Positions 36,686 through 50,985 are shown, counted from the first letter of the stretch. The stretch is DNA of 64,000 bases from Amphiscolops sp. MND2022 (GCA_964187785.1 OZ076409.1:27406001-27470000), one strand, 5' to 3'. The notes: a model not told the origin generated them from the letters alone. Program-made: numbers and translations.

Positions 36686-39600
36686 TCCATCCCGGTTTTT
36701 AAATAAAAGAAAATTTTACATTATATCAAATGAAAAAAAATAAATTTGGAGAAAAAATTTTTCGTGTAAATGTTTTTAGCGTTAGCTGAAACGCTAGTTC
36801 AAATTTTTATTTGATGGATGATTGGCATAAGTCTCTTTTAGGTTGGTGAGAATTCGACTCAATGGTGGACCTCGAGTTGTCTATCAAATTATGTGACAAC
36901 TTCATTAGACCTCACATATGCGACTATAGTTCAAAGGTTTCAAAGTGGTCTGTTTCACTATGCTTTCGGGCCTAAGTTTTTGAACTGGTAGCGGCTCGGT
37001 TCCATGCTTCTGTTGAAGCTGTCAAATTGGCTTCGCATTTGACAAATCGTGAGCAAACATATGAGTTAAAGGTCAAAGAGTCAATGAGAATTTTTGTTAA
37101 AAATTGTGCATCAATCATGAAAACTGTTTGAAAAACTTTCAGTTTGTTTTTCAATTTTGCCGGGTTTGTTAAATAACAAATGTTGAAATCTTTGAGACCG
37201 TGGGCTTCTCATTATTCGAATTGAATGAAATTGAACAATATGCTTGATCAATCTTTGAGCTAATTTTGTTGAATTTTTGAAAAAATTTTGTTAACATATG
37301 ATTGAATTCTTTTTATGTATGGGATAGAATAGCACCAAAAAATAACAAATATTCTTTAAAAAATGCGCAAATAATTATCGGTATGGGAATTTTATTGTAA
37401 ATTACGGCGAATAAACTTGGGAGGAAGTTTTTATTTATGATTTATACACATTCAAGTAAAATTATCGTCACTATATTTTGAAAGTTTTCAAGTTTTATCA
37501 AGTGCAATGTTTCTATTGTCTTCTTATTTATTTGTAGTATTTATAATATCGTCTTGTTGAATCTTCTTGGATGTTGGAATTGCTGGATCGATGGTGAAAT
37601 CAGCTTAGAAGAGTCGAGGGTGGGTCAGCTTGGAAGAGTTGATGTCATCTTGGAAGGGTATGGAAACTTTTGTATTCGTCATTGCAAACTGCCCAGGTGG
37701 TCGATGTTGAGGCTTTCTTCGATGTTGAGGCTTTCACAGATGCCACTATGGATGAGCCCAGTCAGCTGGTGTTGCGTTGTAACAATCGAGGTTCACTTTA
37801 AATTGAGACGTAAGTATAGGTTTTGTATGGAGAGTTTTCGTTCATAAGTACTTCAGGGGGGTCTTTTTGAAGTTCGTCATCGGTGGAATCATTGTCATCC
37901 GATGGCCAAAATTGTACTAAATCTTTCTTTTCTGATGGTGTACGCATTCTATTGGATAAGTTTCTGGGAAAGAGTTTTGGTCTGATAGTAGTATAATCCG
38001 TCTGAGGTGTGGCATCACTTTTTTGAGTGAATGTGTCAGGATGGTTATGCAATTTAAGGTATTGCTCAAAGTTTATCTTGTTTATTTGAAATATTTGGAA
38101 TATTTTGAAGAGAATCATTCGTGTTAAAATGGGGTCTGCTTTTTCTCTTGTGTCAACTGGGTATATAATGTTGATATAATGTTTCTTCAGAGTTAGAGAT
38201 CGGAGTCGAGTGGAAGCAATTGGAAATTCAACTACAGATGTATCCTGAGAAGTCATCATGGTTGCAATGGAGGAATTGAAGTGAATATTCTTCAAAGATT
38301 GGTTGTTCTGAAGAAATGTTGAACCAATAAGTTGAAGGAAGAAGGAAGTTTGACGATTTTCACCTAAAATAGATTAGTTTGTCTATATTCAAATGTCCTT
38401 TTTAAATAAATTTGTATTGTTGACATTTTTGTGTTGTATTTTGTTGTGTTCTATCTTTTTAATTTTAAAATTAAGATAGCGTATTTTGATAGTCTTTTGA
38501 AGAATATATAAAGATTTTTCATTTGGGGTCTTGTTTGGTAAATTCGGTTCGATAAAAGTTGAAGAATTTGAGGAGTTTTGTTGAAAACTTTTATGTCCGT
38601 AGTGAACATTTATTTTATACTGGTATATAAATGCATTCTATTGGTTAGCTATAATCATGCATAGTAAGCATGAATAGGTAAACTCAATTTATTTGGACAA
38701 GTTGTTAAGTGATTAAGAGATAAGTGTTAAAATTTTAAAGCTTTTATCCCATAATTACCAGTTAAGATTGTTGGATCTTTTCAAATATGTAGTTGATTTC
38801 ATCTAAGGATGTGCGGATACACGAAGCTGATTGGCTAACTCTTGTCGTATCAAATGCCATGTTTTGTATTAGATCTCAGGCTTGTTCAAGAGTTTTTCCA
38901 ATATCGGCGATAGTAATGAGGATATCCTTTTTTGGGTTATGATATGGTTTTAAAATTTCCAATAATTCTTTATAATTTTGTATTTCTTCGGTGGGTGGAA
39001 AACTTTCTGGTTTAGGAGTGTCAATTGCTGATTTCTTTGGAGGTTCTTGTTTTGTCTTTTTGAGTTTTTTAGTATTTCCTTTTGTAAGGATTGAGATAAG
39101 GTGAGAAATAATGAATAATAGTTCATTATGGAAATATCCCATTTTTGGTAAGGCGTAATAATAAGATTTTTCACAATCTCCAAGAGGTTGGAAAGCTATG
39201 GGTTGAATTGGAGGAAGAGGGTCTGATATACATTGAGGTATATCTTCTTGTAAGAGCGAATCATCATTTAAGATGAGATATTCTTGTGGTACTATGATTG
39301 GTCTTTTTGGATTTTCATTTGGAAGGAAGAGAAAACTTTGTTTCAGAGGGTCATAATTTCTAAGTTTTCCGTTTATTTTGGTATGATCTAATAAATATTC
39401 TGAGTTGAAAGTGAAAGGTGAGGTATATTTTGAGTTAAAAGAAGATATAATTTTCAGATTCTTTATATTGGAGGAATTTCTGTTTTGTAATATGATGGGC
39501 TTCCTTTATTTGGTATGGCAAGAAATTAGCTTCGTTCTCTTCAGTTCTAAGATCATATGGAGATGGTCTTAGGAAATTGTATTGAAGCGAGAAAATTTTC

Positions 39601-40703
39601 ACTCTATCATTTAACCACCAATCATATGGGGTGATTAATTTTGAAGCAATTCAGATATGATAATCATTTTTGAATTCTCTGATGATGAATTTGTATTTCG
39701 TTGGAATCATATACAAGAAGGTTAGATGGGATTGGAATGTGAATTGTCTTGTTGATAAGATGGGAATTAGGTCACAATCTCGATCTTCATCTTGTTTTAA
39801 TGGCTTGGCTTTATGAAAGGAGGGCATGCGCCAGATTCCATTTATGTTATCGGTTTATCGGCGGTTATGTCTGGATATTTTCTTTTTTGAGATTTTGCGT
39901 TAATATGGTCAATTTGTTCTACTGGGATAGTTTCCATGGGTTCTCGTGAAGATGAATTATTATCTTCGTGAACATTTTGTTGTATGGTTATATTCAAATG
40001 GGATGCAAGCAATTCAGAAGAACTAGAGTTAATTACATCAATTTCAGGCAAGGATTCCTTTATTTTAACTTGCTTGAATTTGTAGCACTAAAATAAGACT
40101 TTTGTTTAACAAACGGTCGAGTTAAGTTAAAACAAATTGAAATGTTAATCCTTTGAAGTATTTTTGTTCATTTGTTTAGTTTTTAATAATAAAAGTTTAA
40201 ATTGTACTTACAATATTGGAATATCAGTTGTGGGTGAAAACATCTACAATCACAGTGATATCTATTCCCGGAATAGAGACTTCTGTGATTTCTGCAATTT
40301 GCGGTTCACAAGGAGCGAAGAACTTTTCCAAGTGGGATGTGAAGTTCCAAGTGAAGTCGTTTGGTTGAGTTGAGGTGAGCAGCTTGTCTAAGTGAGAAAT
40401 TTTGGGTAGAATGAAAATTGAATTGTGGAGTTCTTGGTTGGCGATTTTTTAAACTTTGAGTTTAATCTATTTTGTTAGATTATTACTTTTTTGTTTAGGT
40501 GGAGGTAAATTTTATAAAGACTTTAGAGGGGTTTTCCGGTAAAGCTATTACATTTTGTACTATGGGGTCATGGTCCTGAGGAATTTGAGGTGAACTAATA
40601 TCGTTAATATTACTGGGGTGTGTCCTTTTTGGTATTTGAAGGGTTGAATTCCTACTTGTAAATTTAAGAGGTAAATAAAAGGAATCACTATCGGAGTATC
40701 TTC

Positions 40704-43022
40704 TCATTTTTTTTGTGTTTCTTTGTCGGACAACAGGATATTATCTTTTTCACTTGTGGTAATTTTGTGTTTAGTATATAACCGTTTGCGTTTACCAGTA
40801 TTGTTTAAATCCGTAACCATTTCCGATGTAACTATGATATAAAATCCATGAGCTATTGAACTCAAAATGGAGATGTTGCTTTGGAGATTATATTTTATAC
40901 TAATTGTTCTGTAAAAATTAACTAGGCAAGTTAAAACTTCTCTAACGAAAAGAAAGGTTGAGAAATAAATTCCACATTGTGTTAGAACATAACATGGATA
41001 TCCAAAGAAATTAATGAAAGCTTGACTGAACCAGTCAGGAATGAAAAGTGGTGAGAGGTTTAAGAGATGATCATGCAATAAGGATTTGATCCTGTGTGGG
41101 AGTGTCGTTCATTATGTAGTGTATGAAATCATCACTCAATGATTTTCCGAGTAATTGGAGAGTCGTATTTGAGTGTTTTGCGAATAAGACTCTGTTCCAG
41201 AATTGATCTATTTCTGCATTGGAGTATATACCAGCATCGTGAGCGGTAAATGTATTGGGTGTTATTGTTGTTTTAATTTGAGTAGGTTTGAACATTTGTG
41301 GTGCTTCTCTTTTTGAGCGGGTCAGGTGTTAATACATAAAAATCTCCGTCATCTGTGTCTGGGTCTAATTCAATAATTTTTGTGGGTTATTTCCACATTC
41401 TATTAGTGTTGCATAATCAAAAGTTTGTCTTGTTATGGGGTCTACATACATTATAGTTTCTCTATAGCGTATGGGAACTCTATCAAAGCACTTATCTGCT
41501 TTATATAGAGGTGATATGAAATGAGGGCAATCATACAGCCATGCTTTAGATCCTTCAACATAGAGGAAGTTAGTACGATTTCCAGTTAAAAGAAAACCGG
41601 CTAATTGAGGATTCTTAACAGACATAGCTAATATTGTTAACAATTGTGTTCTTTCTAATTCACATAATGCGTGAAGAGTATTTAATTCTTGTACTGTCAT
41701 AGATTTAAATACATGATTTATTCTGAAGTCAGTTTGTGTATTGATATGAGCATCATAGTCTAGGGTGGCGAAATTATTTGATACATTTATTGCTCGGAAT
41801 ATATATTTTTGATTAGAAGTATCGAAATGTATTCTTCCACTAATGTTTTGATCTATTATTGAGTGTGGTCTTGGTTGTCCATTATTCATATCAAAACCAC
41901 CTAAGTATGTAACAAAGATGTCGTCTTATTGTGTTGAATATAATGGTTCTGGTTTTCCACAAAAATATGCCATTGAGTATATCTCGAATCGAGAAAGACT
42001 TGGATTGTCTACGGTTGATTGTGGTGTTTTGACATTGGGATATTTTGTTCCTGTTATTCCTTAATTTCGAAGATTTTGTTTAATGTTTGAGGATTCTATA
42101 AAGTTATCAGTTTCTATCCAATATCGGTCTTTAATCCTTGTCATTCTTCCAATGAATTCTTGTAATCGAAATATGAGGCAAAATTTTTCATCAAACCATA
42201 TTAATGTGTATGGGGTTCTTGTTGTTGGTTTACAAAATCCGTCTGAATGGTAACAGGGTAGCATTTATCCATCGTGAATCATTTGATTGTTTTTATCATC
42301 ATATGTTATTTCAGCATTAGTTATTCTGAGTTTCTAGCTTTTCGTGTTATTAAATGTTCTCTGCCACTTCTACATCTTGAATAAGTATTTTGTGTAAAGT
42401 TAACTATCCAGTCTGGATAATGTTCATCATATACGATTGTTCCGATATGCCAAGCAATCAATCTTTTTACTCTAAATGGTTGTTGAACTTGTTCAATTTT
42501 GTTTTGATAATCACTGTCATCAAAAAAAGAGAAAGAACTTTGTATATTGTAACTGTTTAATTCTTTACTATCGGTCGCGTTTAAATATCTTTTCATATTT
42601 TTGCATTCAATAGGGTCAAGTATTTTTGGAAGTTCTAGTGTGTTTTGTTCCCATTGTGAACGATCACATCGTCTACTAGATGAAAATGTTTGTGAACATC
42701 AAACCTTTTCAGTTTTTATATATGCTTCACAATTGAAGGCTTTGATTCTTTTTGTTTTTGCTCTTACATATACTGTTGCTTGGGTTTTTGTGTGTTGTAT
42801 ATCTGAGGGTGCTTGTTTACATTTTTCGACATTTAATAAGCTAAATTGTCTTAAGTTGTTTTGTTTTGCACAATCATAATGGGATACCATAAGGTTTAAA
42901 GTATTTGGATCTTGGTCTGAACTATGATTTTCTGAATTCGTTGTATCAGTTTTAGGAACTGATGTAGAGTTGACAATGTGTATTATATATACAATATATG
43001 TGTCGAAAAGCATATTTTTCAT
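40704..43022 (-). pseudogene. env: env-like glycoprotein of element C, class III (gB/chuvirus G-like) by motif
   Basis: Six collinear fragments: signal-like N-terminus, YDC...C cysteine pattern, LCELERTQLLTILAMSVKNPQLAGFLLTG...WLYDC...CFDRVP, C-terminal hydrophobic segments. Confidence 0.72.
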
Positions 43023-45227
43023 GGTTAAAATATAGCTTATTGTTAAGTCCTGAGAAGGGATTAAAGAAGTTTATATGGCCTGTTCTAATTTTTGGTAATT
43101 CAGCGTCACAAAGATAAGCTTTTGATGTGACTTAAAATGGTGAGGGAGTTGTTTTATGTGCTACTCTTGTTGAAAGAGAAAATGGATGAGGTTTTAAGGA
43201 GTTGAATGTAACTTCAACTTCGAATTTTAATATTAATTGATCTTCTTCTAATCTTCGTAGTTCTCTTTGTTTTCTCGGGTTTGAAAGAGAACTGTTGTTT
43301 ATAAATCTTTCTGGAAGTACTGTGTATCGGGGATCTTCGTTAAGACTACGAATAATTTTTGAGTTACCACGAATAAGATATTCGTGTGGATTTGGTGTAG
43401 GAGGTCTAGAATAATCTTCTAGAAAGTACTCGGGTAATTGTATAGATGAATCAGATAAAATTGAGCTAGGTGAATAAACTCGTGAAATGTTTGCTGCACT
43501 ATCTGTTATAGCTTGAGGATCTTCTGAAAGAAGGGATGCTGTTTCAAATCCTGTTGTGACTTGAAATGGTATTGATAGAGAAGATGGTATAGTAGGGTGA
43601 GATGAAGAAAAAGAAGAAGTTTCTGATCTGGGTTGTGCTTGTTGTCTAACTAATCTTGAGTTTGTACTTGAACTAGTTAAAGATTGTAGTTCTTGAGAAT
43701 TTCTTCGTGGTTGAGATCTGAGATTATAACTATGTCGTGGTACTCTGGTACTAGCAATTGAATCAGAGTCTTTATCTTTGTATTATAAGTCTGTTATAAG
43801 TATGTTGTTTTATAAGGAAGAAGTAGTACTTGATTGTAGGCGGTCTAATTCTAGTCTTGGATATATTTGAGAAAATGTAAATGAACTTAGTTCAGATGGT
43901 GAATCAACTATATGTTCTGGTATAGTTTCTATTGGAGTTTTATTTGTTGATGGTAGAGCAAGATTCTTTGGTAGTGTTGGTATAGAAGTTTTTCAGGGTG
44001 TTTTTGTTGCAGTTGGTATCCTATGTGGACAAGAATTAACGTATTGAAGAACTGAGCTAGGATCTGGGATATGAGGAGTACGAGTGGTAGGAATCGGTGG
44101 AAGAGGGGGTCTATTTAGGATATCTGAAGTATCTTGTACATTGTTTTGAGTCGTGAGTGATTCATCACAAAAGTCACTTGTTGGTGAATCTGTTTCTGAA
44201 AATGGTAAGTTTTGTTGAGTATATTGTGGTTGAGTTGTTGTAGTATTTTGTGATTGTGTTGTTATTACTGATGTTTGAGTTTGAAGTATGGGTGTATTAT
44301 TGGGCGTTACTGTTGCTCTATATCAGGAGAATATGGAGCAGATGGGCTATGATTTGAGGATGAGGAATCCAGTATGTCTGTATCTGAATTTAGATATTCA
44401 GTATATTCAGGTAATGTTTGGAATGAATGAGTTGAACTAGATAATGAGTTGTTTCTGTTTGATGCAGGTGAATGTCTGTCTGTCAATCTTGAAATGTTTT
44501 TATTTTATATTTCAGTTGATGTTTCAATTTGAATAATTTCTTTCACTATTTTCTTCTAATGTTTCTTTTTCCAGATTACTCTCTATTAATATTCATCTCA
44601 AACTTTCTTTCAGCAGGAATTTTGAGAAAGTGAAATTATGTCCTTTTAATCGAGGAAAAGTTGATAATCTTTTCGTGGTTGTGGGCGGAAATTGTATCTG
44701 TCATGGGTGTGTCTTCGGGGATTAAAATAGTTATCGTAGTCGTGAATATCAGATTGATTTTCTGGGGTGGTATTATTGGTTTTTTGTTTGTTTAGTTGGT
44801 ACGGAAATGAGGAGTATTGGTTAAATGATTCTGGTTGAAAATCAATTGTGTATGGTATATCCGTTTCTTTATTGGAATTTATGAATGTGTAATCTTCAAT
44901 TTCAGCTGATTGTTCTTCATCGAAAAAAGAATCAAAAGGCTCTATCGAATCATTATTATCATTATCAATTTTTTGAATATAGATTATATTGTTGTATGGA
45001 AGGAAAAAAGATTGGTTCTTTTGGGTAACAAGAAACTAAATGATTCTGTGAATATGAGAGGTGTAACCATTTTGATTAACAATTTCATACGTGATGTCAG
45101 AAATTTTATTATTGATTTTAAATAGTCCAATCCTGAGAGGTTTCAATTTATCTGAAGAATGAACATGGAGAAAGTTTCTTTTTGATACATATGTACCAAT
45201 GTCTAAGGGTATTGAATTGTTGTATTT

Positions 45228-48200
45228 TTAATTGAAATAAGTAAATGAATTCTTTTTTCTTTTTGTGTTTTCATATGCTGTGTGATATATTTCTATCATA
45301 GCAGTTTCAGTACCTGAAATCCATTGTGGAATTGGTTTCGATAGGATTTTATGGAAGAAAGGGTTTAAATTTGATTTGTCATAGTGTGTATGAAGTGGTA
45401 GGTCTTGACAGTATTGAGAAGTACAGTTTCTATAACTATCTGTTTGAAGGTTGAGTTCAAAGTTTATTGGAATTCTTGGTATAGTATGAAATACTATTTC
45501 GTATGGTGAAAGGTTTAATTCAGAAAGTAGTTGTGAATTATGTGCATAAGCGTACATATGAACTTGAGTAGACCAGATTTCTGGTGTGTTATGTAGAAAA
45601 AGTCCGAGATGGGTTCCTAGGTTTTTATTTTGATTTTCTACTAAACCACTTGTCCATGGTGCGTAAAGAGTTTTTGGTGAATGTCTGATTCCCATTGTGG
45701 TACAAAGGTTTGCAAATTCAGATTTAATGTATTCTGAACCACGATCTGAAACTAGATATATGGGAGGTCCAAATTTAGTAATCCAATGATGTAGTAATGT
45801 ATTGACAGCGTTTTGGGCATTATTTTGTTTAACATGTACTGTTACTACAAAATGACTGAAAGCGTCTACTATCACATGAATGTATGAGTTTTGTTTTGAT
45901 GGTGGATTTTTAGGTCCTTTTGTATCCATTGATATTCGGTAGTTGAAATATGAAGCATCTTCAGAAAATGTTTGTATTGTTGCTGTTTGGGTTTTTCGAT
46001 TAATGTGTTTGTTCTGTTGACATTCAATACAATCGTGAATGAATATTGACATCCATTCATTTAAATATGGTAGGAAATAAGATTGATTGAAAGCTTCTAT
46101 AGATATTTTAATTCCAGAGTGTCCATGTGCATGAATAATATGGAAAGCTGCATGAAAAAGTTTAAATGGTAAACATATTTTGTCTTTTTGATTTGGGTTT
46201 GAATCATGAATGTTAGGGTAATCTATATGAATGATTTTTGTATCATGATTGATTTACAGTTGATTGAAGAGTTTGTAGTAAACTGATAGGAAGGAATTAC
46301 CTGCTATTGTTGGATCTATTTGTAAAAGTCTTTCATTATTCTTTAACCAATGATAAACTTTTTGTAAGACAGGGTCCTGTTTTTGTTGAGATTTTATAGT
46401 TTCAGTTGTTATTTGAGTATCTTCTGGTAAGAAGAAAGAATGAAAGTATCTTTTGTATTTGGAGAACGATGGATCAAAATATGGAACCTGTTGATTACAA
46501 TAATCAGATTTAGTGGGATATTGTATTGCTAGGGTTTGTTCTTTCAATATGTTTGGGTTTTGATTCTTATTTTGTGATTGATTTGGTTCATCTTCATTAC
46601 TAAGAATATCATTGTCATTAAGGATAGTTGATTGTTGTAAGAGTGATTTTGTTTGATTCTTTGTAGGCCTCTTGTATTTAGATTCAAATGGAACAATGGA
46701 TTGAAAAGAAAATGAATCTAAAGGTTTTATATGAACATCTCCTTTGTTAATTATACGAATGGAAAATTGGTCTTCGCCATAATCAGCGAGAAATGGGTGG
46801 CAATCATTTTTTTGATTATGTTTGATTTCTTCATGTTTTACTACATAGTGTACAGGTTTAAGTTGGTTGTCTTTCATGATAGAGAAATCTGTTTGAGGTG
46901 GCAATTGTTTGTGTCGTAATTGATGTATTTGAAGTTGTTCTTTTGTGAAGATTCTAGAAAGCATGTCTGCTACAGTTAATTTTTTTCCAAGAGTATGAAT
47001 GATTTTTAATTTGGAAAATTTTGTTAGATGCATTTCTGCTCTATAAAATCTTGGGCTAAGTTTTCCTTTTTTTTGCAAAACAGTGTAATAAAAGTTTGTG
47101 ATCGGTAAAAATATATATTGGATGAGGGGATCCAATAATGAGGAATTCGTATATTTGTAATGCATAAACTATTGCGAGAATTTCTCTGTCTAGTGTTGAA
47201 AGTTTTTGTTCTTGTGTATTAAGGATTCGTGAATTGTAAGAAATAACTCTCATTTTTTTCTTCATTCATTTGGAATAGAACTGCGCCTAAACCAACTAAG
47301 GAGGCATCAACTGTTATGAAAAATGGTTGTTTTGTATTGGGTGTGGTTAATTCAGTTTCTGCGGTCATTTTGTTTTTAACGTCTTGAAATATTTTCTCCA
47401 ATTCGGGTGTCCATTGAAATTTAACATCATCATGTAATAATGTATATAATGGTTTGAGGTCTAGATGTAAATTTTTCAATGAATTTTGAATAAAAGTTTA
47501 CACTGCCTAGAAATTGCATAACATCTTTCTTTTCTTTTGGTGTTGGGATTTTTTTGATGGCTTCAATTTTTGATGGGATTGGTTTAATTGTGTTGTTCCT
47601 TATTTCATGTCCAAGGAATTTTACTTTAAGTAACATATAAAATGACTTTTCAGGTGCAAGCTTGAGATTTTCTTTTGTTGCTATTTTATGGTGTTCTTTG
47701 ATAAGTTCAAACATTTCTTGTTTTTCGTCTGCTAATAGTTATATATCATCAATATATACCAACGCAGAACGTTTGTCTATAAGTGATCGAAAGAAGGTTG
47801 ACATTTGTTTTGTGAAAAAATTTGGAAGTCCTTTTAATTCATAAAATCCACGAATAAAGGTATATAATTTATCTCCGGATGAAAATCCTGTAAGTTTGAT
47901 TGTTTCTTCGCCCAATGGAGTATGGGCATATGCATACATTAAATCAATAGTTGATTTGTATTTTTTGTTAGCTCTAGCTAATTGAGGGGCTAAAGGTTCA
48001 ATGGGCCAAGATTCAAGTTCTTGATCAGTTTTTGAACTTAGGTGTCTGGCATCTAAAACAACTTTTATTGCGTCTTCTTTGGGAATGATAATCAAAGGGT
48101 TTAAAAATGTTGTTCCAATAGTGTGTTTTCTATCTGGCGTGGAGCCAACTTGTTTCATTATATTCTATTTTTAAAGTTCTACTAAGAGTTTATTCAGTCT

Positions 48201-49450
48201 ATCTCTGTAATGAATTGGTACTTTACAGGGTCTTTGTGGTTGAAGTTTACAATTTTCTTTAATTCTAATTCTGAATGGAGTAGAAATCTTTCCCACATCC
48301 TTTCGATGTTTAGCGTAACAATGTTGATTATTAACAAGAATATTGCAGAGGTTTACATATTCATTATCAGTCAATTCTGAATATTCAAAGTTGAACAATT
48401 TTTATAAATTGTTGATTTTCTGCAGTATATTGTAGTGGAGGAATATCTTTTCTAATTTTATCTGAGGGTCGAAGATTTCGTGTTACAGAAGGTATGGGTA
48501 ATTGAAGTGTTTTGTCGTATATTTCTATTTTTTTAATTTCTAGTTGAACTTATGGAATTACTCGAGTACTTATATTCATATCTGTATAGTCATTTTGTCT
48601 GATTGGAATGGTAGTATCCGGATGATAGACGTGTATTACTGAATGAATAAGCGAGTTTACATCATGAACTCTATAAAGAGGAAGTGTTGGTTGAGTAATA
48701 GGAATCTCTGTATATCCAATAATTCCTCCTGGTAATGTAACTGGGTGAGATGTAAAATTTTGAATTACTGTTGAGCAGGAGTCTTTGTTTTTATCGTTAA
48801 ATATCATGTCTTGGAAGTGGAAAATATCTGTAAGTCTTTGGAAGAAGTATGTATTTGGAATTGATGGATAAAATTTAGTTTTATCTTCTATTTGAAAGTG
48901 CAAGTTAAGATAGTTTTAATTGGGAAGTGTATAGTCTTGTCTGATCTTGGTTTGAAGTGAATTGGTTTTTACATTTAACAGTTTAAACGTATGAGATATA
49001 TGAATTATCTTTTTCTGTAAATGTGGAAAAATGAGTTTTTGTAGGAAGTTTTGGATTTTGTTCTTTATAAGTCATTATATTTTGTTGAAAGTCTATATTT
49101 TGAATATTTTTCTGGAATAAAGGTTTTCCAAGACTATTATATTTAATATTTGCTTCTGCAAATTCGATGTTGAAAGATCGATTTTGATGTTTCACTTCAG
49201 TGAAACATGTCATTGAAATATATGTATTATTGGTACTTCAGTTTGATTAGCAACTGTAAGAGTTTCAGCTCTTTTGTTTTCATTTTTTTGGGACATTGAG
49301 ATTTAATTGTTTTGCGACTACATGAAATGTCGGTAAGTTCAAAACTGATATGGAAGCTCCAGTATCTAAGAGAAACAGGATTTCTAATTTTGAAGGTATT
49401 ATGTTATCTTTTCCTTCAGTAGCATGTACATATAGTGGATAAAACCAACT
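45228..49450 (-). pseudogene. pol: pol of element C (PR, RT, RNase H, IN core), fragmented
   Basis: FLLDTGASISV at about 49345-49380 (read by hand), LVYIDDI, TVDASLVGLGAVL, IFTDHK, HAHGH..CIEC, ISMD/VSDRGSEY/GLVE. Confidence 0.9.
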
Positions 49451-49559
49451 ATAAGGAGTGATTGTATTTGCAATTTCAGTTATTTGGCATGTATGAATTT
49501 CAAATTAGTACTATCTTTGTCGTTGGTAGACTTAACATCTACTTGATTTATTCTTTTTT

Positions 49560-50985
49560 GTTGTCTGTTTTGTGAGGGTGTTCTAGATCATGACCTGTAA
49601 TCTCTTGGTCTGGATGGAGATCTATATGGGTAACTGTATCGTCTAAAGAATTTCCTTGTGATTGAGAACGAGTTCTATATCTTGATCGTGAATTATATCT
49701 ATAATTGGAGTTATTTTTGGATGGTGATCGATATGGAGATCTAGATGGAGTTCTTCTTTGATAATAGTTGTCATATCGGGATCTGGATGGATATGGACTC
49801 GGAGATCTATTGTAAAATCTTTGTCGAGAATTAGATCTATAACTATTTTGTGAATAATCTCTACTGTTGCTTCGATATCTATCGTTATTTCTATTTCGAT
49901 CGTTACAGTAAGAGTAGTTATTTTGATTATATCTATCACGTTCGTTGTCTCTAGAGGAATAATCATTTTTATTTTCATTTCTATTTCCTTGTGAATCACT
50001 GGGTTTACTACGGAAATATTGTACAGAGGATTGTTGAGGAGTTCTTGATCTCTGATTTTTATATCTTTGATAATCTTCATCACGTTCTTTTTGATAACAA
50101 TTTGAAATTCCATGATTGTTTTAATGACAATAGGAACAATATTTTTTGTAAGTTGGTTTGCTTTTGTTTTTTTTTGTGTCTCTAGATTGAGTAACCATTA
50201 CATGGTCATGTTCTGATTCTTTGTTGTTAGTGTCATTTCAATTGATACTTTGTTTATTTTTAAAGCTAGGTCATTTGTTCTTTTTTTTTCATTGGCGGTG
50301 TCTTCGGAATCAACATGCCGAACAAGTGTGTGAAATGGTTTTGATGGTTCAAGTAGCGTTGATACATGTTTAACTTGTCTTCTGTGAGCAAAATCTTTAA
50401 ACTTTTTAGGTAACCCTTTTGTAAAAATTTCATTGTTTTTGAGATTTATGGTAGATGCACTTTCGTTGCACCATCCCTTTTTAACTAATTGTTGTACTCT
50501 GAGAGCAAAATGGAGTACTGTTTCATTATCCTTTTTCATGAGTGACATAGTTTCTACTTGTGCGTGATAAGCTGTTTTTTTGAGATGAGAATTGTTTTTT
50601 GAACAATTGTACAAATGAATTCCTTTGTTGTTTATATGAAATATGAAGATTTGTATACCAGTCAAGAGCTGTTCCAATTAAAGGACATTGTGTTATGCCA
50701 TGTGTCTATTATGCCATGACCTATATTTGACCGGATTATTCTGAGGTTCTTCACCTGGTTCTTCATGGCAAAGGTTAATCGTGCTTCAACTTGTTGCAGG
50801 TATTTTTCTGGGGTGTATGAATGATCTAAACCGTCAAAAGGTTTCATAGGTTCTGGTATTGAAGCTGAAGTATTTATGAATGTATCTTGTTGTATTGGTA
50901 TGTACTGAGGTGGAGGAGCTACAGGTTGTATCATGTTTACGGGTGGTGAAATTGTAGTTGGGTCATAAGTTGTGTGTTTATTCAT
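49560..50985 (-). pseudogene. gag: gag of element C, fragmented, with an Arg/Ser-rich C-terminus
   Basis: MKPFDG..YLQQVEAR and ETVLHFALRVQQLV..IFTKGLP capsid-like segments upstream of the protease. True start uncertain. Confidence 0.7.
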
